Shown: positions 9,080-18,871, numbered from the stretch's first letter. The stretch: DNA of 64,000 bases from an uncultured Gammaproteobacteria bacterium (GCA_964427615.1 CAYRUR010000004.1:10975-74974); one strand, 5' to 3'. A program made the numbers and translations. Notes: generated by a model not told the origin, from the sequence alone.

Positions 9080-10212
9080 GAATAGGCATTGATGCACGGC
9101 TATGGAATGAAACAGGAGTGGGTAGGTATATCAGGAATTTAGTTACTGGACTTCAAAAACTGGATAAAAAGAACGAGTATGTATTGTTTGTGAAAGGTAA
9201 AGAATACGACAGAATTAAGAATCAAGAATTAAAAATTGAGCATAAGAAGTGGAAGGTGGTTAAGGCAGATGTACAATGGCATTCACTCAAAGAACAGTTG
9301 CTTTTTTCCCGTATTTTAAATAAAGAAAATTTGGATCTGGTGCATTTTCCTTATTTTTCAACTCCTATTTCGTATAAGAAACCATTTGTCGTAACCATTC
9401 ATGACCTTATTATTAGTAAATTCCCCACAGGAAAAGCATCAACACTTCCCACTCCTTTGTATTACCTAAAACATGCAGCATATGAGAAAGTGTTATCCCA
9501 TACTGTCTCTCATGCCAAACATATTATTACTCCATCTAATCATGTAAAAAACGACGTGATGAAAGCATTTACAATTCCTGAAGAAAATATTACCGTAACC
9601 TATGAAGGGGTAGATGACGCGTTATCTACTGTACCAAAAGAGTCTACCTTTTCTTATCTACAGGATATCCCTTATTTTATCTATATTGGCAATGCATACC
9701 CTCATAAAAATGTGGAGTTGTTGATAGATGCTTTTTCCGATTTCCTGCATTCTTTCCCAGAATTTGCGAATACACATCTTTTGTTAGTAGGAAAAGAGGA
9801 CTATTTTTATAAACGTCTGAAAAAGAATAAAAAAAATACAGAAGGAAATGTACTCTTTTTACATGATGTTTCTGATAAGGACCTTTCATATCTACTACAT
9901 CATGCACAAGCACTAGTGGCTCCATCTAAAGATGAGGGGTTTGGGTTAACTACAGTTGAGGCGATGTCTGCTTCATGTTTGGTGCTTGCTTCCAATATTG
10001 CAGTGTTTAAAGAAGTGTGTGGAAAGTGGGCTCTTTATTTTGATGTGCGTGAGAAAAATGACTTGGTCGATAAAATGAAGCTTGTACTGAAAATGGATGA
10101 GAAAGAGAAAAACGTATATAAAAGGGAAGCCAAAAAGTATATTAAAAAATATTCATGGGAAAGGATGGTAAAGCAAACGCTTGACGTGTATGAAAGTAGC
10201 AATAGTCTATGA
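9076..10212 (+). CDS. Glycosyltransferase family 1 (GT4)
   Basis: C-terminal PSKDEGFGLTTVEAMSASCLVLASN motif; ATGA overlap with the upstream gene. Confidence 0.65.
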   Translation: MRIGIDARLWNETGVGRYIRNLVTGLQKLDKKNEYVLFVKGKEYDRIKNQELKIEHKKWKVVKADVQWHSLKEQLLFSRILNKENLDLVHFPYFSTPISYKKPFVVTIHDLIISKFPTGKASTLPTPLYYLKHAAYEKVLSHTVSHAKHIITPSNHVKNDVMKAFTIPEENITVTYEGVDDALSTVPKESTFSYLQDIPYFIYIGNAYPHKNVELLIDAFSDFLHSFPEFANTHLLLVGKEDYFYKRLKKNKKNTEGNVLFLHDVSDKDLSYLLHHAQALVAPSKDEGFGLTTVEAMSASCLVLASNIAVFKEVCGKWALYFDVREKNDLVDKMKLVLKMDEKEKNVYKREAKKYIKKYSWERMVKQTLDVYESSNSL

Positions 10213-11272
10213 TAGAGTCAATAAATGGGGAGGGGCAGAACGTGTACTGCTGGCGTTACACGAATTATTTCCAGATGCGCCTCTCTATACCTCTGTGTAT
10301 GATGAAGAAGGTGCTTTTTGGGCTAAATCATTTAATGTAAAGACTTCTTTTCTACAAAAAATAACTGTTGCCAGAAAATCACATGAATTTTTTGCGGCTC
10401 TTATGCCCATTGCTTTTGAGTCTTTTTCTTTTGATGAGTATGACTTGGTAATCTCAGTTACGAGTGAATTTGCCAAAAGTATTATTACCAAACCTGGCAC
10501 AGCACATATCTGCATTTGTCTGACTCCTACTCGCTATTTGTGGAGTGGGTATGATGAGTACTTTGCTAATCCTTTACTGAGGGTAGCAGCATTTCCTGTG
10601 GTGCGTTTTTTGAGAAAGGTAGATAGAATAACAGCATATAGACCAGACGCCTATATTGCTATTTCCGAGGAAGTAAAAAGGCGTATCAAGACATATTACG
10701 GACAAGACGCAGAGGTTATATATCCTCCAGTTGATATTCCCAAAGGTTCGTTATCTACTAAAGAAGGAGCGTATTTTCTAGTTGTCTCACGCTTGGTCAA
10801 ATATAAGCGCGTGGATTTGGCTATTCAGGCTGCAAATAAGCTCGGAGTTTCATTAAAAATTGTAGGAGTTGGAAGGGAAAGGAAAAGATTGGAGCAAATG
10901 GCTGGCAAAACAGTAACGTTTTTAGGACAGGTATCAGAAGAGGAATTGGCAGATTTGTATAGAAATGCAAAAGCGCTTATTTTTCCGGGGAAAGAGGATT
11001 TTGGTATTGTGATGGTAGAGGCACAAAGTTATGGAAAACCCGTAGCTGCTTTTGGACAAGGTGCTTCGACTGAAATAATTATTCCAGGAAAGACAGGAGA
11101 GCTTTTTTCTGAGCAATCAGTAGATTCTCTTATTAGGGTATTGGAAAAAATAAGTAAAAGTAAGTATAATAGGGAAAGTTGTATAGAAAATGCTAAAAGA
11201 TTTTCAAAAGAGCACTTCAAAAAAGAAATACAACTATTCATTGATAAAAGGGTAAGAGCATCAAAAGTATGA
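10190..11272 (+). CDS. Glycosyltransferase family 1 (GT4)
   Basis: N-terminal MKVAIVYDRVNKWGGAERVLLAL and C-terminal FPGKEDFGIVMVEAQSYGKPVAAF. The tool ORF starts at a TTG at 10181; the first ATG is at 10190. Confidence 0.6.
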   Translation: MKVAIVYDRVNKWGGAERVLLALHELFPDAPLYTSVYDEEGAFWAKSFNVKTSFLQKITVARKSHEFFAALMPIAFESFSFDEYDLVISVTSEFAKSIITKPGTAHICICLTPTRYLWSGYDEYFANPLLRVAAFPVVRFLRKVDRITAYRPDAYIAISEEVKRRIKTYYGQDAEVIYPPVDIPKGSLSTKEGAYFLVVSRLVKYKRVDLAIQAANKLGVSLKIVGVGRERKRLEQMAGKTVTFLGQVSEEELADLYRNAKALIFPGKEDFGIVMVEAQSYGKPVAAFGQGASTEIIIPGKTGELFSEQSVDSLIRVLEKISKSKYNRESCIENAKRFSKEHFKKEIQLFIDKRVRASKV

Positions 11273-12351
11273 AAGTTATTATTTTTGCAGGCGGTGTAGG
11301 AACAAGGCTTTGGCCAGTTTCTCGCAAGAATACACCAAAACAATTTGAGAAAATATTTGGAGAAAATTCCACTTTGCAATTGGTAGCAAATCGCTTGCAG
11401 CCTGACTTCTCCTGGTCTGATTTATATATTTCCACAGGCAAAAAATATACAGAAATTATAAAAGAACAGCTTCCTCATGTAGCAGCAGACCATATCATTG
11501 GTGAGCCAAAGATGCGAGATGTAGGTCCAGCAGTAGGCTTAATAACCGGAATCCTTGCTAAAGAAGCACCGAATGAGCCTATGGCTATTTTGTGGAGTGA
11601 TCATTTGGTGAAAAAAGAAGAGCATTTCAGAAAAATTTTATTGACTGCTGGAGATATTGTAAAAGAGAGTCCTGATACTATTGTGTTTGTATCACAAAAA
11701 CCACGGTTTGCCAGTGAAAATTTGGGCTGGATTCATTATGGCAGTAAGGCATTTGAAAAAAATGGACTGCAATTTCACTCTTTTCTTGGTTTTAAATATC
11801 GCCCTGATAGAGAGACTGCACACGAATACATGACTAACGGAGATCATGCTTGGAATCTAGGATACTTTGTAACGACACCTCAATTTTTGTGGGAGCAATA
11901 TAAAAAGCATGTTCCTGAAATGTATGAAGGTTTGACTAAAATTGTGAATGCATGGAAAACAGATGCTTTTGATACCGTACTTGAAGAAGTATATCCTGAG
12001 CTTGAAAAAATCTCTTTTGATAATGCTATCCTTGAAAAACTTGATCCATCTTCTGCACTCGTTATCTCAGATGATATTGGATGGAGTGACATTGGAGCAT
12101 GGGAAGCACTAAAAGAAGCATTGGCTGATAATGAAGATGAAAATGTGACAAAGGGGAAAGTATTACTCAATGATTCACGGGATAGTTTAGCATTTAATTA
12201 TTCTGAGCAGATGGTGGTTGGTATAGATTTGGATCAAATGTTGGTTATTAATACACCAGATGTAGTTTTGGTCTGTCCTAAGACATCAGTACCAAAAATC
12301 AAAAAATTAGTACAAAGTCTTGAAGGTACAGAATACGAGTCCCTTACGTAA
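11269..12351 (+). CDS. Mannose-1-phosphate guanylyltransferase-like sugar nucleotidyltransferase (nucleotidyltransferase domain only, no cupin/PMI domain)
   Basis: N-terminal MKVIIFAGGVGTRLWPVSRKNTPKQF, the classic ManC/GMP signature. Confidence 0.65.
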   Translation: MKVIIFAGGVGTRLWPVSRKNTPKQFEKIFGENSTLQLVANRLQPDFSWSDLYISTGKKYTEIIKEQLPHVAADHIIGEPKMRDVGPAVGLITGILAKEAPNEPMAILWSDHLVKKEEHFRKILLTAGDIVKESPDTIVFVSQKPRFASENLGWIHYGSKAFEKNGLQFHSFLGFKYRPDRETAHEYMTNGDHAWNLGYFVTTPQFLWEQYKKHVPEMYEGLTKIVNAWKTDAFDTVLEEVYPELEKISFDNAILEKLDPSSALVISDDIGWSDIGAWEALKEALADNEDENVTKGKVLLNDSRDSLAFNYSEQMVVGIDLDQMLVINTPDVVLVCPKTSVPKIKKLVQSLEGTEYESLT

Positions 12352-12363
12352 TTGCTCTTCCTT

Positions 12364-13002
12364 ATGATATATGATGCTATAAAAAGATTGTTAGATATTG
12401 CGTTATCAATCTTTTTGATTATCCTTTTTTCTCCTGTTTTTTTTCTTACTGCTTTAGCTATAAAAATGGATTCTAAAGGTCCTATTCTTGCTGATACTCC
12501 TTCTCGAGTGGGTAAAGACGGGAAGTTGTTTCGAATGTATAAATTCCGTTCTATGATACAAAATGCACATACAATGCTCTTAGAGGACGAAAAATTCAAG
12601 CAATATTATGAGGAGTATAAAAAAAGTGGTTATAAACTAAAAAATGATCCTAGAATTACCCGTATTGGCAGATTTATTCGCAAGTATTCACTTGATGAAT
12701 TACCTCAGTTTTTTAATGTCTTAAAAGGTGAAATGAGTATTGTGGGTCCTCGTGCTTATTATCCTGACGAATTACGAGATCAGCAAAAACAATATCCAGG
12801 TACTAGTAAGGCGGTAAAAATTGTGATGTCAGCAAAGCCGGGAATTACGGGTGTGTGGCAAGTCTCTGGAAGAAGCGATATCAATTTCGATAAACGAATT
12901 TTGCTGGATGCAGAGTATGCAAAGAGAAGATCTATTGTGTATGATCTGTATATTATTGCCAAAACGCCCTTTGCTATGCTTTCCGGAAAAGGAGCTATGT
13001 AA
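12364..13002 (+). CDS. Bacterial sugar transferase (monotopic phosphoglycosyl transferase, WbaP C-terminal/PglC-type), the initiating enzyme of glycan assembly
   Basis: Signature LDELPQFFNVLKGEMSIVGPRA, PGITGVWQVSGRS and an N-terminal reentrant hydrophobic helix. The ATG is at 12364; the tool ORF begins at a TTG at 12352. Confidence 0.75.
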   Translation: MIYDAIKRLLDIALSIFLIILFSPVFFLTALAIKMDSKGPILADTPSRVGKDGKLFRMYKFRSMIQNAHTMLLEDEKFKQYYEEYKKSGYKLKNDPRITRIGRFIRKYSLDELPQFFNVLKGEMSIVGPRAYYPDELRDQQKQYPGTSKAVKIVMSAKPGITGVWQVSGRSDINFDKRILLDAEYAKRRSIVYDLYIIAKTPFAMLSGKGAM

Positions 13003-13088
13003 TGCTTGATTTCTTTTCTGGTAATATGGTTAAATAAGAAAAATCCCCCTCCTGGAAAGAATTTTGTACCTAAAAGGAGGAAGAAATC

Positions 13089-15068
13089 ATGGAAGAACAA
13101 GGATTTGGAAAACTAAACTTTTCATCACCGAAACCTAGCGTTAACGCTCAGACTATTAAGCCATTTGCAAGTATGAGAAAAAGAAGATTATTAGCAGGAA
13201 ATAATAAAAGACTAAAAAAACTGTTGAGATCAAGGAAATTTCTTGTTGTAGCAGGAATTGTATTACTATTGGGGGTAGTGTCACTCATAAAAGCATTTTC
13301 TGTATATAACGATGCCATGCAGCTGAGGACTCAGGCAAAAGCAGCATATGCAGCTATCAAAGTACAAGATGTTGAGCTTGCTAAGAAAGAATTGGTAAAA
13401 ACCCAAGAGAATGTAGAGCAATTACAGAAAGACTTAGGTTTTTTCATGTTAGTAGGATATATTCCTTTTGTAGGAGGGTATTACAATGACGTAGTACATA
13501 TGGTAAATGCCTCCTCTTATGGTATCTCAGCAGCCACAATTGCTACTGACTCACTTATTCCTTACGCTGATGTGCTTGGTCTTAAGGGGAGCGGTACTTT
13601 TACAACAGGATCAGCACAGGACAGGATTCGATTAGCAGTCAAGACATTGGGTAAAGTTGTTCCAAGAATTGATGAGATAGAAGTACAGGTATCAAAAGCA
13701 AAAGAAGAAATTGATCAAGTAGATGTGAATCATTATCCAAATTTTTGGGTATTTAAAGATTTAAGAACCCAAATTGAAACAGTAAAAACGCTTACAGATG
13801 AGGGAGCGTTAGCGGTAAAAGAAGGAAAACCACTTATTAAAATGTTGCCGGAACTTCTAGGTGAGTCAGAAGACAAAAAGTATTTGATATTGTTCCAGAA
13901 TGATAAGGAGTTGCGTCCTACCGGAGGATTTTGGACTTATTATGCTATTTTCAGGGTAGAACAAGGGGTGATTACAGTTGACAAATCAACCAATATTTAT
14001 GATCTTGATGATAGTATTCCTTCTCACCCTGCTGCGCCAAGAATTATTGCTAATTACCTTCCAAAAGTAAATGAATGGTATATTAGGGACGCTAATATTT
14101 CACCTGACTTTGCAGAGTCAGTAAAGAACTTTAATGAGTTGTATGAGGATTCTGCTGAATATACAGAGGTAGATGGCGTTATCGCGCTTGATACTCATTT
14201 TCTGGTACATATTTTAGAAATCTTAGGAGAAGTACAGGCAGGTGGCCAGGCTTTTAATGCAGAAATAGACCCTCACTGTGATTGTCCTCAAGCAGTCTAT
14301 TTGCTAGAACTAAATACCACAAAACCAGTAGGATACGTAAGAGAGAATAGAAAGTCTATTTTAGGAGATCTTTTATTTGCCATTATGGAAAAAGCACTTT
14401 CCAGTTCTCCAGGAGATTATTGGGGAAGACTGGTACAGACTGCTATGGCTGATGCACAGCAAAAGCATATTATGTTCCATTTATATAACAAAGATGCACA
14501 GCGTGGAGTAGAAGCACTAGGGTGGGGCGGAAGAATTGATAATACTTTTGAAGGAGACTATCTGCATATAAATGATGCTAATTTTGGAGGAGCAAAATCA
14601 AATATGTTTGTAAGAGATGCAGTAAAGATGGAGTATGAGGTGGATAAAGAAGGAAAGATTACCAAAACAGTAACTATTGATTATAAAAACCCTCAACCAT
14701 ACTCCGATTGTAACCTTGAAAGTGGTGGTTTATGTTTGAATGCAACTTTGAGGAACTTCCAACGGGTTTATGTACCCAAAGGTAGTGATTTGGTAAAAGT
14801 AAAAGGATCTGAAGTGAAAGTAAAAACGAATGAGGATCTTGGCAGAACTTATTTTGAGTCATTCTTTAGGGTAAATCCTCTGGGTAAAGCACAAATTTCA
14901 TATACCTACACACTGCCATTTAAAGTTGAAAAAGGACAAGAACTGCCAGTACTGATTCAAAAACAGGGAGGAAAGGACATAATTCCGTACGAGATCTATG
15001 TAAATGACAAAAAAGTAGAAACATTTGATCTCACTACTGATAAGGAACTTCTTCTTGAGGTGCGATAA
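13089..15068 (+). CDS. DUF4012 domain protein with an N-terminal TM anchor
   Basis: Motif LRPTGGFWTYYAIFRVEQGVITVDKSTNIYDLDD, typical of the DUF4012 family that accompanies glycan loci in Patescibacteria and Actinobacteria. A good RBS, AGGAGGAAGAAATC, precedes the ATG. Confidence 0.6.
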   Translation: MEEQGFGKLNFSSPKPSVNAQTIKPFASMRKRRLLAGNNKRLKKLLRSRKFLVVAGIVLLLGVVSLIKAFSVYNDAMQLRTQAKAAYAAIKVQDVELAKKELVKTQENVEQLQKDLGFFMLVGYIPFVGGYYNDVVHMVNASSYGISAATIATDSLIPYADVLGLKGSGTFTTGSAQDRIRLAVKTLGKVVPRIDEIEVQVSKAKEEIDQVDVNHYPNFWVFKDLRTQIETVKTLTDEGALAVKEGKPLIKMLPELLGESEDKKYLILFQNDKELRPTGGFWTYYAIFRVEQGVITVDKSTNIYDLDDSIPSHPAAPRIIANYLPKVNEWYIRDANISPDFAESVKNFNELYEDSAEYTEVDGVIALDTHFLVHILEILGEVQAGGQAFNAEIDPHCDCPQAVYLLELNTTKPVGYVRENRKSILGDLLFAIMEKALSSSPGDYWGRLVQTAMADAQQKHIMFHLYNKDAQRGVEALGWGGRIDNTFEGDYLHINDANFGGAKSNMFVRDAVKMEYEVDKEGKITKTVTIDYKNPQPYSDCNLESGGLCLNATLRNFQRVYVPKGSDLVKVKGSEVKVKTNEDLGRTYFESFFRVNPLGKAQISYTYTLPFKVEKGQELPVLIQKQGGKDIIPYEIYVNDKKVETFDLTTDKELLLEVR

Positions 15069-15598
15069 TGAAATATCTCAAAGACATTGGATTTGTAATT
15101 AAGCGAGTTAATTTTGGAGAGAGTGATAGATATATTACCCTTTATACGAAAGAACATGGCAAGATGGAGGTTGTGGCAAAGGGAGTACGCAAAATTACAA
15201 GTCGTAGATCTTCTCACATAGAGCCTTTAAATATTATTACGTTTCAAGCAATTAAAGGGTATAAAAATTATATCCTGACAGAAGTAGAACTGGTAAAAGC
15301 AACTGACGCACTCAAAACAGACTTAAAAAGCTGTGCTGCTCTTTTTATGATGTGTGAGCTGATTGATACTCTGTGCCCTTATGATGAGAAAAATACTGCT
15401 TTGTTCCATGCTGTACTGCAAAAACTACAGGAAAAGAGTATAGATGAGGCTGCTATCCATGCTTTTCAAATTGATATCCTGACTCATTTAGGATACTGGG
15501 ATGCTAAAAAAGCATTTCGTGATGGGCAAGACATCCAACAATTCATTGAAAACATCACCGAAAGAAAAATGAAAACCCCTCAGATTTTTAATTTGTAA
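15068..15598 (+). CDS. recO: DNA repair protein RecO (short form)
   Basis: N-terminal OB-fold signature GFVIKRVNFGESDRYITLYTKEHGKMEVVAKGVRK...EPLNIITFQ; TAATG overlap with the upstream gene. Confidence 0.55.
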   Translation: MKYLKDIGFVIKRVNFGESDRYITLYTKEHGKMEVVAKGVRKITSRRSSHIEPLNIITFQAIKGYKNYILTEVELVKATDALKTDLKSCAALFMMCELIDTLCPYDEKNTALFHAVLQKLQEKSIDEAAIHAFQIDILTHLGYWDAKKAFRDGQDIQQFIENITERKMKTPQIFNL

Positions 15599-15917
15599 GC
15601 TCACTGTTATTTGTCTCTTAAAATAACCTCTTATACATCCCGTAGTAATTGATATTTGTATCTGTTTTTGTTAAAATTTTCCCACTTGAAGTGGTACGTA
15701 CAGACCGTATGAGGTCTCTTATGCGCTCTTCAATTAAAATCGTCCTACTTCGCATAAAGCTTTGTAGGATTAGCACGTTCACAAGTTAATTCCGATTAAA
15801 TCGGAATTAGGGAAAGTTACATTTTTTTAGTTGGTGGCGCTTTGTGTACTATACAGTTAGTATGCAGTGCGCCATCAACTGGATGGTAAGAAATGTTAGA
15901 TTGGAAAGAGAAAGAAG

Positions 15918-16778
15918 ATGGATCGCGAGGCGTATCTGGTGGCTTTAAATCGCCTGAGTCACGGTGGAATAAAGAGTCCAACTCTTGCTGATTTAGAGGC
16001 AATTACACCACATCTTACCGACGAGCAACGCCGTAGTATACTGCATGACGATAGAGGTGTACACTTTGCTATTCCTCCAGTTAGGATAATAGGCGGCTTT
16101 TGGGTCGCTTCGTACACCAAGTCCAAGTACAGCGGCATCAATTGGCTGAATCTGGAGGTAGTATGGTACACTCCTAAATCCTGCATGGATGTAAGGTCAC
16201 GACTCAAAGAGCCCGTTGACGTTGCATTTCGGGACAGATCCATGACTTACGCTGAGGAGTACTGGGGTGATCAGCTTATTCCTATTGCTGGGAAAGACGC
16301 CGGAATAGTGTTCATTCAAGATCCCACCAACCTCTACACGAGCGGCAATAAGGCAAGGCGGGGCAGTCCGAAGACCATGAGCGTTATCTATTACACACTA
16401 AGTCGTCGAATGGAGGATATCCTGATTGACTATTCTGCTCCTCTTAGCGAGGTATGGAACAACGGATTGGTGGAGGTTACATGCGACTACATTGTAGGCA
16501 CAGAACTTGCAGGTCACAGAGGCGGCTACAGGGACTATAACTGCGCCTTTTGTAGTTATGGACTTGGTAGAACTAGCTGTAAGAACTGCGGAAATAAGTT
16601 CTATGATGACTACGGTGTTCGGTCATCATGTAGTACTCCACTGCCAGAAAGGATGGTTGCACTTCTTCAAGAGAATGGCCATCGGTTCGGGCTGGATCCA
16701 GCGATTGCACGACAACGGGAGTGGCAAGAGTGGGAGGAAAAATTAAGAGAGCGTGAGTTACTAAAGCAACTTTCCTAA
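15918..16778 (+). CDS. Hypothetical protein, 286 aa, in a GC-elevated island; Cys-rich C-terminus (CAFCSYGLGRTSCKNCGNKFYDDYGVRSSC), no family recognised
   Basis: A long ORF whose codon usage is visibly richer in G/C third positions than its neighbours. I recognise no motif of a known enzyme family. Confidence 0.5.
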   Translation: MDREAYLVALNRLSHGGIKSPTLADLEAITPHLTDEQRRSILHDDRGVHFAIPPVRIIGGFWVASYTKSKYSGINWLNLEVVWYTPKSCMDVRSRLKEPVDVAFRDRSMTYAEEYWGDQLIPIAGKDAGIVFIQDPTNLYTSGNKARRGSPKTMSVIYYTLSRRMEDILIDYSAPLSEVWNNGLVEVTCDYIVGTELAGHRGGYRDYNCAFCSYGLGRTSCKNCGNKFYDDYGVRSSCSTPLPERMVALLQENGHRFGLDPAIARQREWQEWEEKLRERELLKQLS

Positions 16779-16796
16779 CAACTTGTGAGTGTATAG

Positions 16797-16838
16797 CAGG
16801 GGTGAGTGAATTTTGACTTATATCAAGACTTACCCCTG
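16797..16838 (+). terminator. Hairpin following the GC-rich ORF (CAGGGGTGAGT ... ACTTACCCCTG)
   Basis: An 11-bp stem with one G-U position, followed by CATCACTCTTTTC. Confidence 0.35.
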
Positions 16839-16927
16839 CATCACTCTTTTCTAAATTCTTATTCTTAACCCGTTAACTTGTTAATAGTGAGTAAATAATA
16901 GTCTCTCATCCTTATCTTAAAAGATAT

Positions 16928-16956
16928 TTGCTAGTGATTCTTCAGTCTGATATACT
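16928..16956 (+). promoter_or_regulatory. Sigma70-like promoter for glyQS (TTGCTA, 17 nt, TATACT); very short leader
   Basis: -35 at 16928-16933, 17-nt spacer, -10 at 16951-16956; ATG at 16969. Confidence 0.35.
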
Positions 16957-16968
16957 TTCCTCATTGCA

Positions 16969-18402
16969 ATGAAAGATGACTTGTTAGCAAAAGTAGTGGC
17001 TTTAGCAAAAAGAAGAGGATTTGCATATCCTGGTTCTGACATATATGGAGGGCTCAATGGTACCTGGGATTTGGGACCTGTAGGAGTTGAATTAGCACGC
17101 AATATAAAACAAGAGTGGTTGAAAGCAATTGTAAGAGGAAGAGATGATGTGGTAGAGATTGATTCCTCTGTAATTCTGAACCCAAAAGTGTGGGAAGCTT
17201 CAGGACATATTAAATCATTTACTGATCCTTTGATTGAGTGCAAAAACTGCCATGCAAGATTTCGAGAAGACAATTTTCCAACATTTAATATGCAAGAGGA
17301 TGTATTTGCTGAGAAGTGGACAGACATGTACAGCAACTATCATAAGGCAGAAAATCAAGAAGATCTTGGCAAAGGAAGAAAAGCATATACAGAGTCAAAA
17401 GAAAAAGAGATAATAAAATGTCCTAATTGTTTTGAATTTAAAGGATATACTCCAGCACGGCAGTTTAACTTAATGTTTAAGACATTTGTAGGTCCAGTAG
17501 ACGATGAGAAAGATCAAACCTATTTGCGTCCTGAGACTGCACAAGGTATTTTTATTAACTTCAAGAATGTGTTAGATAGCAGTAGAGTAAAAATTCCTTT
17601 TGGTATTGCACAAATTGGAAAAGGATTTCGCAATGAAATTACCACAGGCAACTTCTTGTTCAGAGTAAGAGAGTTTGAGATGATGGAGCTTGAGTTCTTT
17701 ACTGCACCAGAAGAGGCTTCAAAATGGCATGAGTACTGGAAGGAAGAACGCCTGCGCTGGTACTTGGATCTAGGCATAAAGAAAGAAAACATAAAGTTGA
17801 TTGATTTGCCCAAAGAAGATCTGGCACATTATTCCAAAGGAACTGCAGAGGTACACTATAACTGGCCGTTTATGGAAGGATTTGGTGAATTAGAAGGTAT
17901 AGCAAATAGAGGTGATTATGATCTCAAGCAGCATCAGGAAGTATCAGGAAAAGATATGACATATTTTGAGCAAGCAACAGGGAAAAAGTATCTCCCCTAT
18001 GTAATAGAACCATCAGTAGGTGTTGGTAGAGCTATGCTTGCCTTTTTATTGGATGCCTATGTTGAGGAAGAAAAACGGGTGGTGTTAAAATTGCACCCTC
18101 GAATTGCACCAGTGAAGGTAGCTGTTTTTCCGCTCCTTTCTAACAAACCAGAATTGGTAGAAAAAGCACATGCAATTTACAAAGAACTACAAGCACATAT
18201 TGATGGTAAAGTTATGTTTGATGATAGAGGAAATATTGGAAAACGTTACTTTTATCAGGATGAAATAGGTACGCCATTTTGTGTGACAGTAGATTTTGAA
18301 ACACTAGAAGATGGACAAGTTACGGTAAGAGACAGAGATACTGCAACTCAGGAAAGAGTGAGTATTGAAAAACTTACTTCTTATCTGCAGGAAAAGATAT
18401 AG
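16969..18402 (+). CDS. glyQS: Glycine--tRNA ligase, dimeric eukaryote/archaeal type
   Basis: RRGFAYPGSDIYGGLNGTWDLGPVGVELARNIKQEW plus class-II motifs; 477 aa. Confidence 0.88.
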   Translation: MKDDLLAKVVALAKRRGFAYPGSDIYGGLNGTWDLGPVGVELARNIKQEWLKAIVRGRDDVVEIDSSVILNPKVWEASGHIKSFTDPLIECKNCHARFREDNFPTFNMQEDVFAEKWTDMYSNYHKAENQEDLGKGRKAYTESKEKEIIKCPNCFEFKGYTPARQFNLMFKTFVGPVDDEKDQTYLRPETAQGIFINFKNVLDSSRVKIPFGIAQIGKGFRNEITTGNFLFRVREFEMMELEFFTAPEEASKWHEYWKEERLRWYLDLGIKKENIKLIDLPKEDLAHYSKGTAEVHYNWPFMEGFGELEGIANRGDYDLKQHQEVSGKDMTYFEQATGKKYLPYVIEPSVGVGRAMLAFLLDAYVEEEKRVVLKLHPRIAPVKVAVFPLLSNKPELVEKAHAIYKELQAHIDGKVMFDDRGNIGKRYFYQDEIGTPFCVTVDFETLEDGQVTVRDRDTATQERVSIEKLTSYLQEKI

Positions 18403-18409
18403 CTACAGA

Positions 18410-18739
18410 ATGAATAAAAGTAAGTTAACACTAAAGAGAAATCCTACATTACAAGATTTTCAAAAGTATGTCGCAGAGATGGTGGAGGAACGAGGCTTTG
18501 ATAAAGAAACAATCCCCGAAATTTTTGTACTTTTTTTAGAGGAATGTGGTGAAATGGCAAAAGCTGTACGAAAAACCCAGAAAATTCATTCTGATATAAA
18601 ATCAAAACAAGAGAACCTAAGTCATGAAATAGCTGATGTATTCATGTATCTTTTAGATATTTGTAATCATTTCGAGATAGATTTAGAAAAAGCCTTTAGA
18701 GAAAAAGAAGAAGTAAATAAAAAGAGAGTTTGGAAATAA
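18410..18739 (+). CDS. MazG-like nucleotide pyrophosphohydrolase domain protein
   Basis: FQKYVAEMVEERGF...EECGEMAKAVRK...LSHEIADVFMYLLDICNHFEIDLEKAF, the NTP-PPase all-alpha fold signature. The ATG at 18410 lies directly after the glyQS stop. Confidence 0.55.
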   Translation: MNKSKLTLKRNPTLQDFQKYVAEMVEERGFDKETIPEIFVLFLEECGEMAKAVRKTQKIHSDIKSKQENLSHEIADVFMYLLDICNHFEIDLEKAFREKEEVNKKRVWK

Positions 18740-18836
18740 AAATTTATGCAGTAAAATCTCTTAAGTATAGGTAAGTGCTTTAGGTATTTTAGTAGAAGGT
18801 TAATTTATACTGAATTCTCCAAAACAAATATTCTGC

Positions 18837-18866
18837 TTGACTTTTTCTTTTAAAATTAGCTATAAA
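18837..18866 (+). promoter_or_regulatory. Sigma70-like promoter (TTGACT, 17-18 nt, TATAAA) immediately upstream of the 18872 ORF
   Basis: The -10 ends 6 nt before the ATG, implying a leaderless or near-leaderless mRNA. Confidence 0.3.
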
Positions 18867-18871
18867 AAAGT

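Noticed and set aside
15690-15716. GTACGTAC and CCGTATG strings resembling the conserved core of group II intron domain V
   Set aside because: The order and pairing do not reproduce the domain V helix (the CCGUAUG should precede, and pair with, the ACGUACGG strand). No intron-encoded reverse transcriptase or flanking exon disruption is present. Treated as a coincidental part of the hairpin-rich leader.
16779-16968. Possible T-box riboswitch leader upstream of glyQS (and similarly upstream of ileS at 42586-42660)
   Set aside because: No AGGGUGGNACCGCG T-box sequence or specifier/antiterminator architecture is visible. The ileS upstream space is only ~75 nt.
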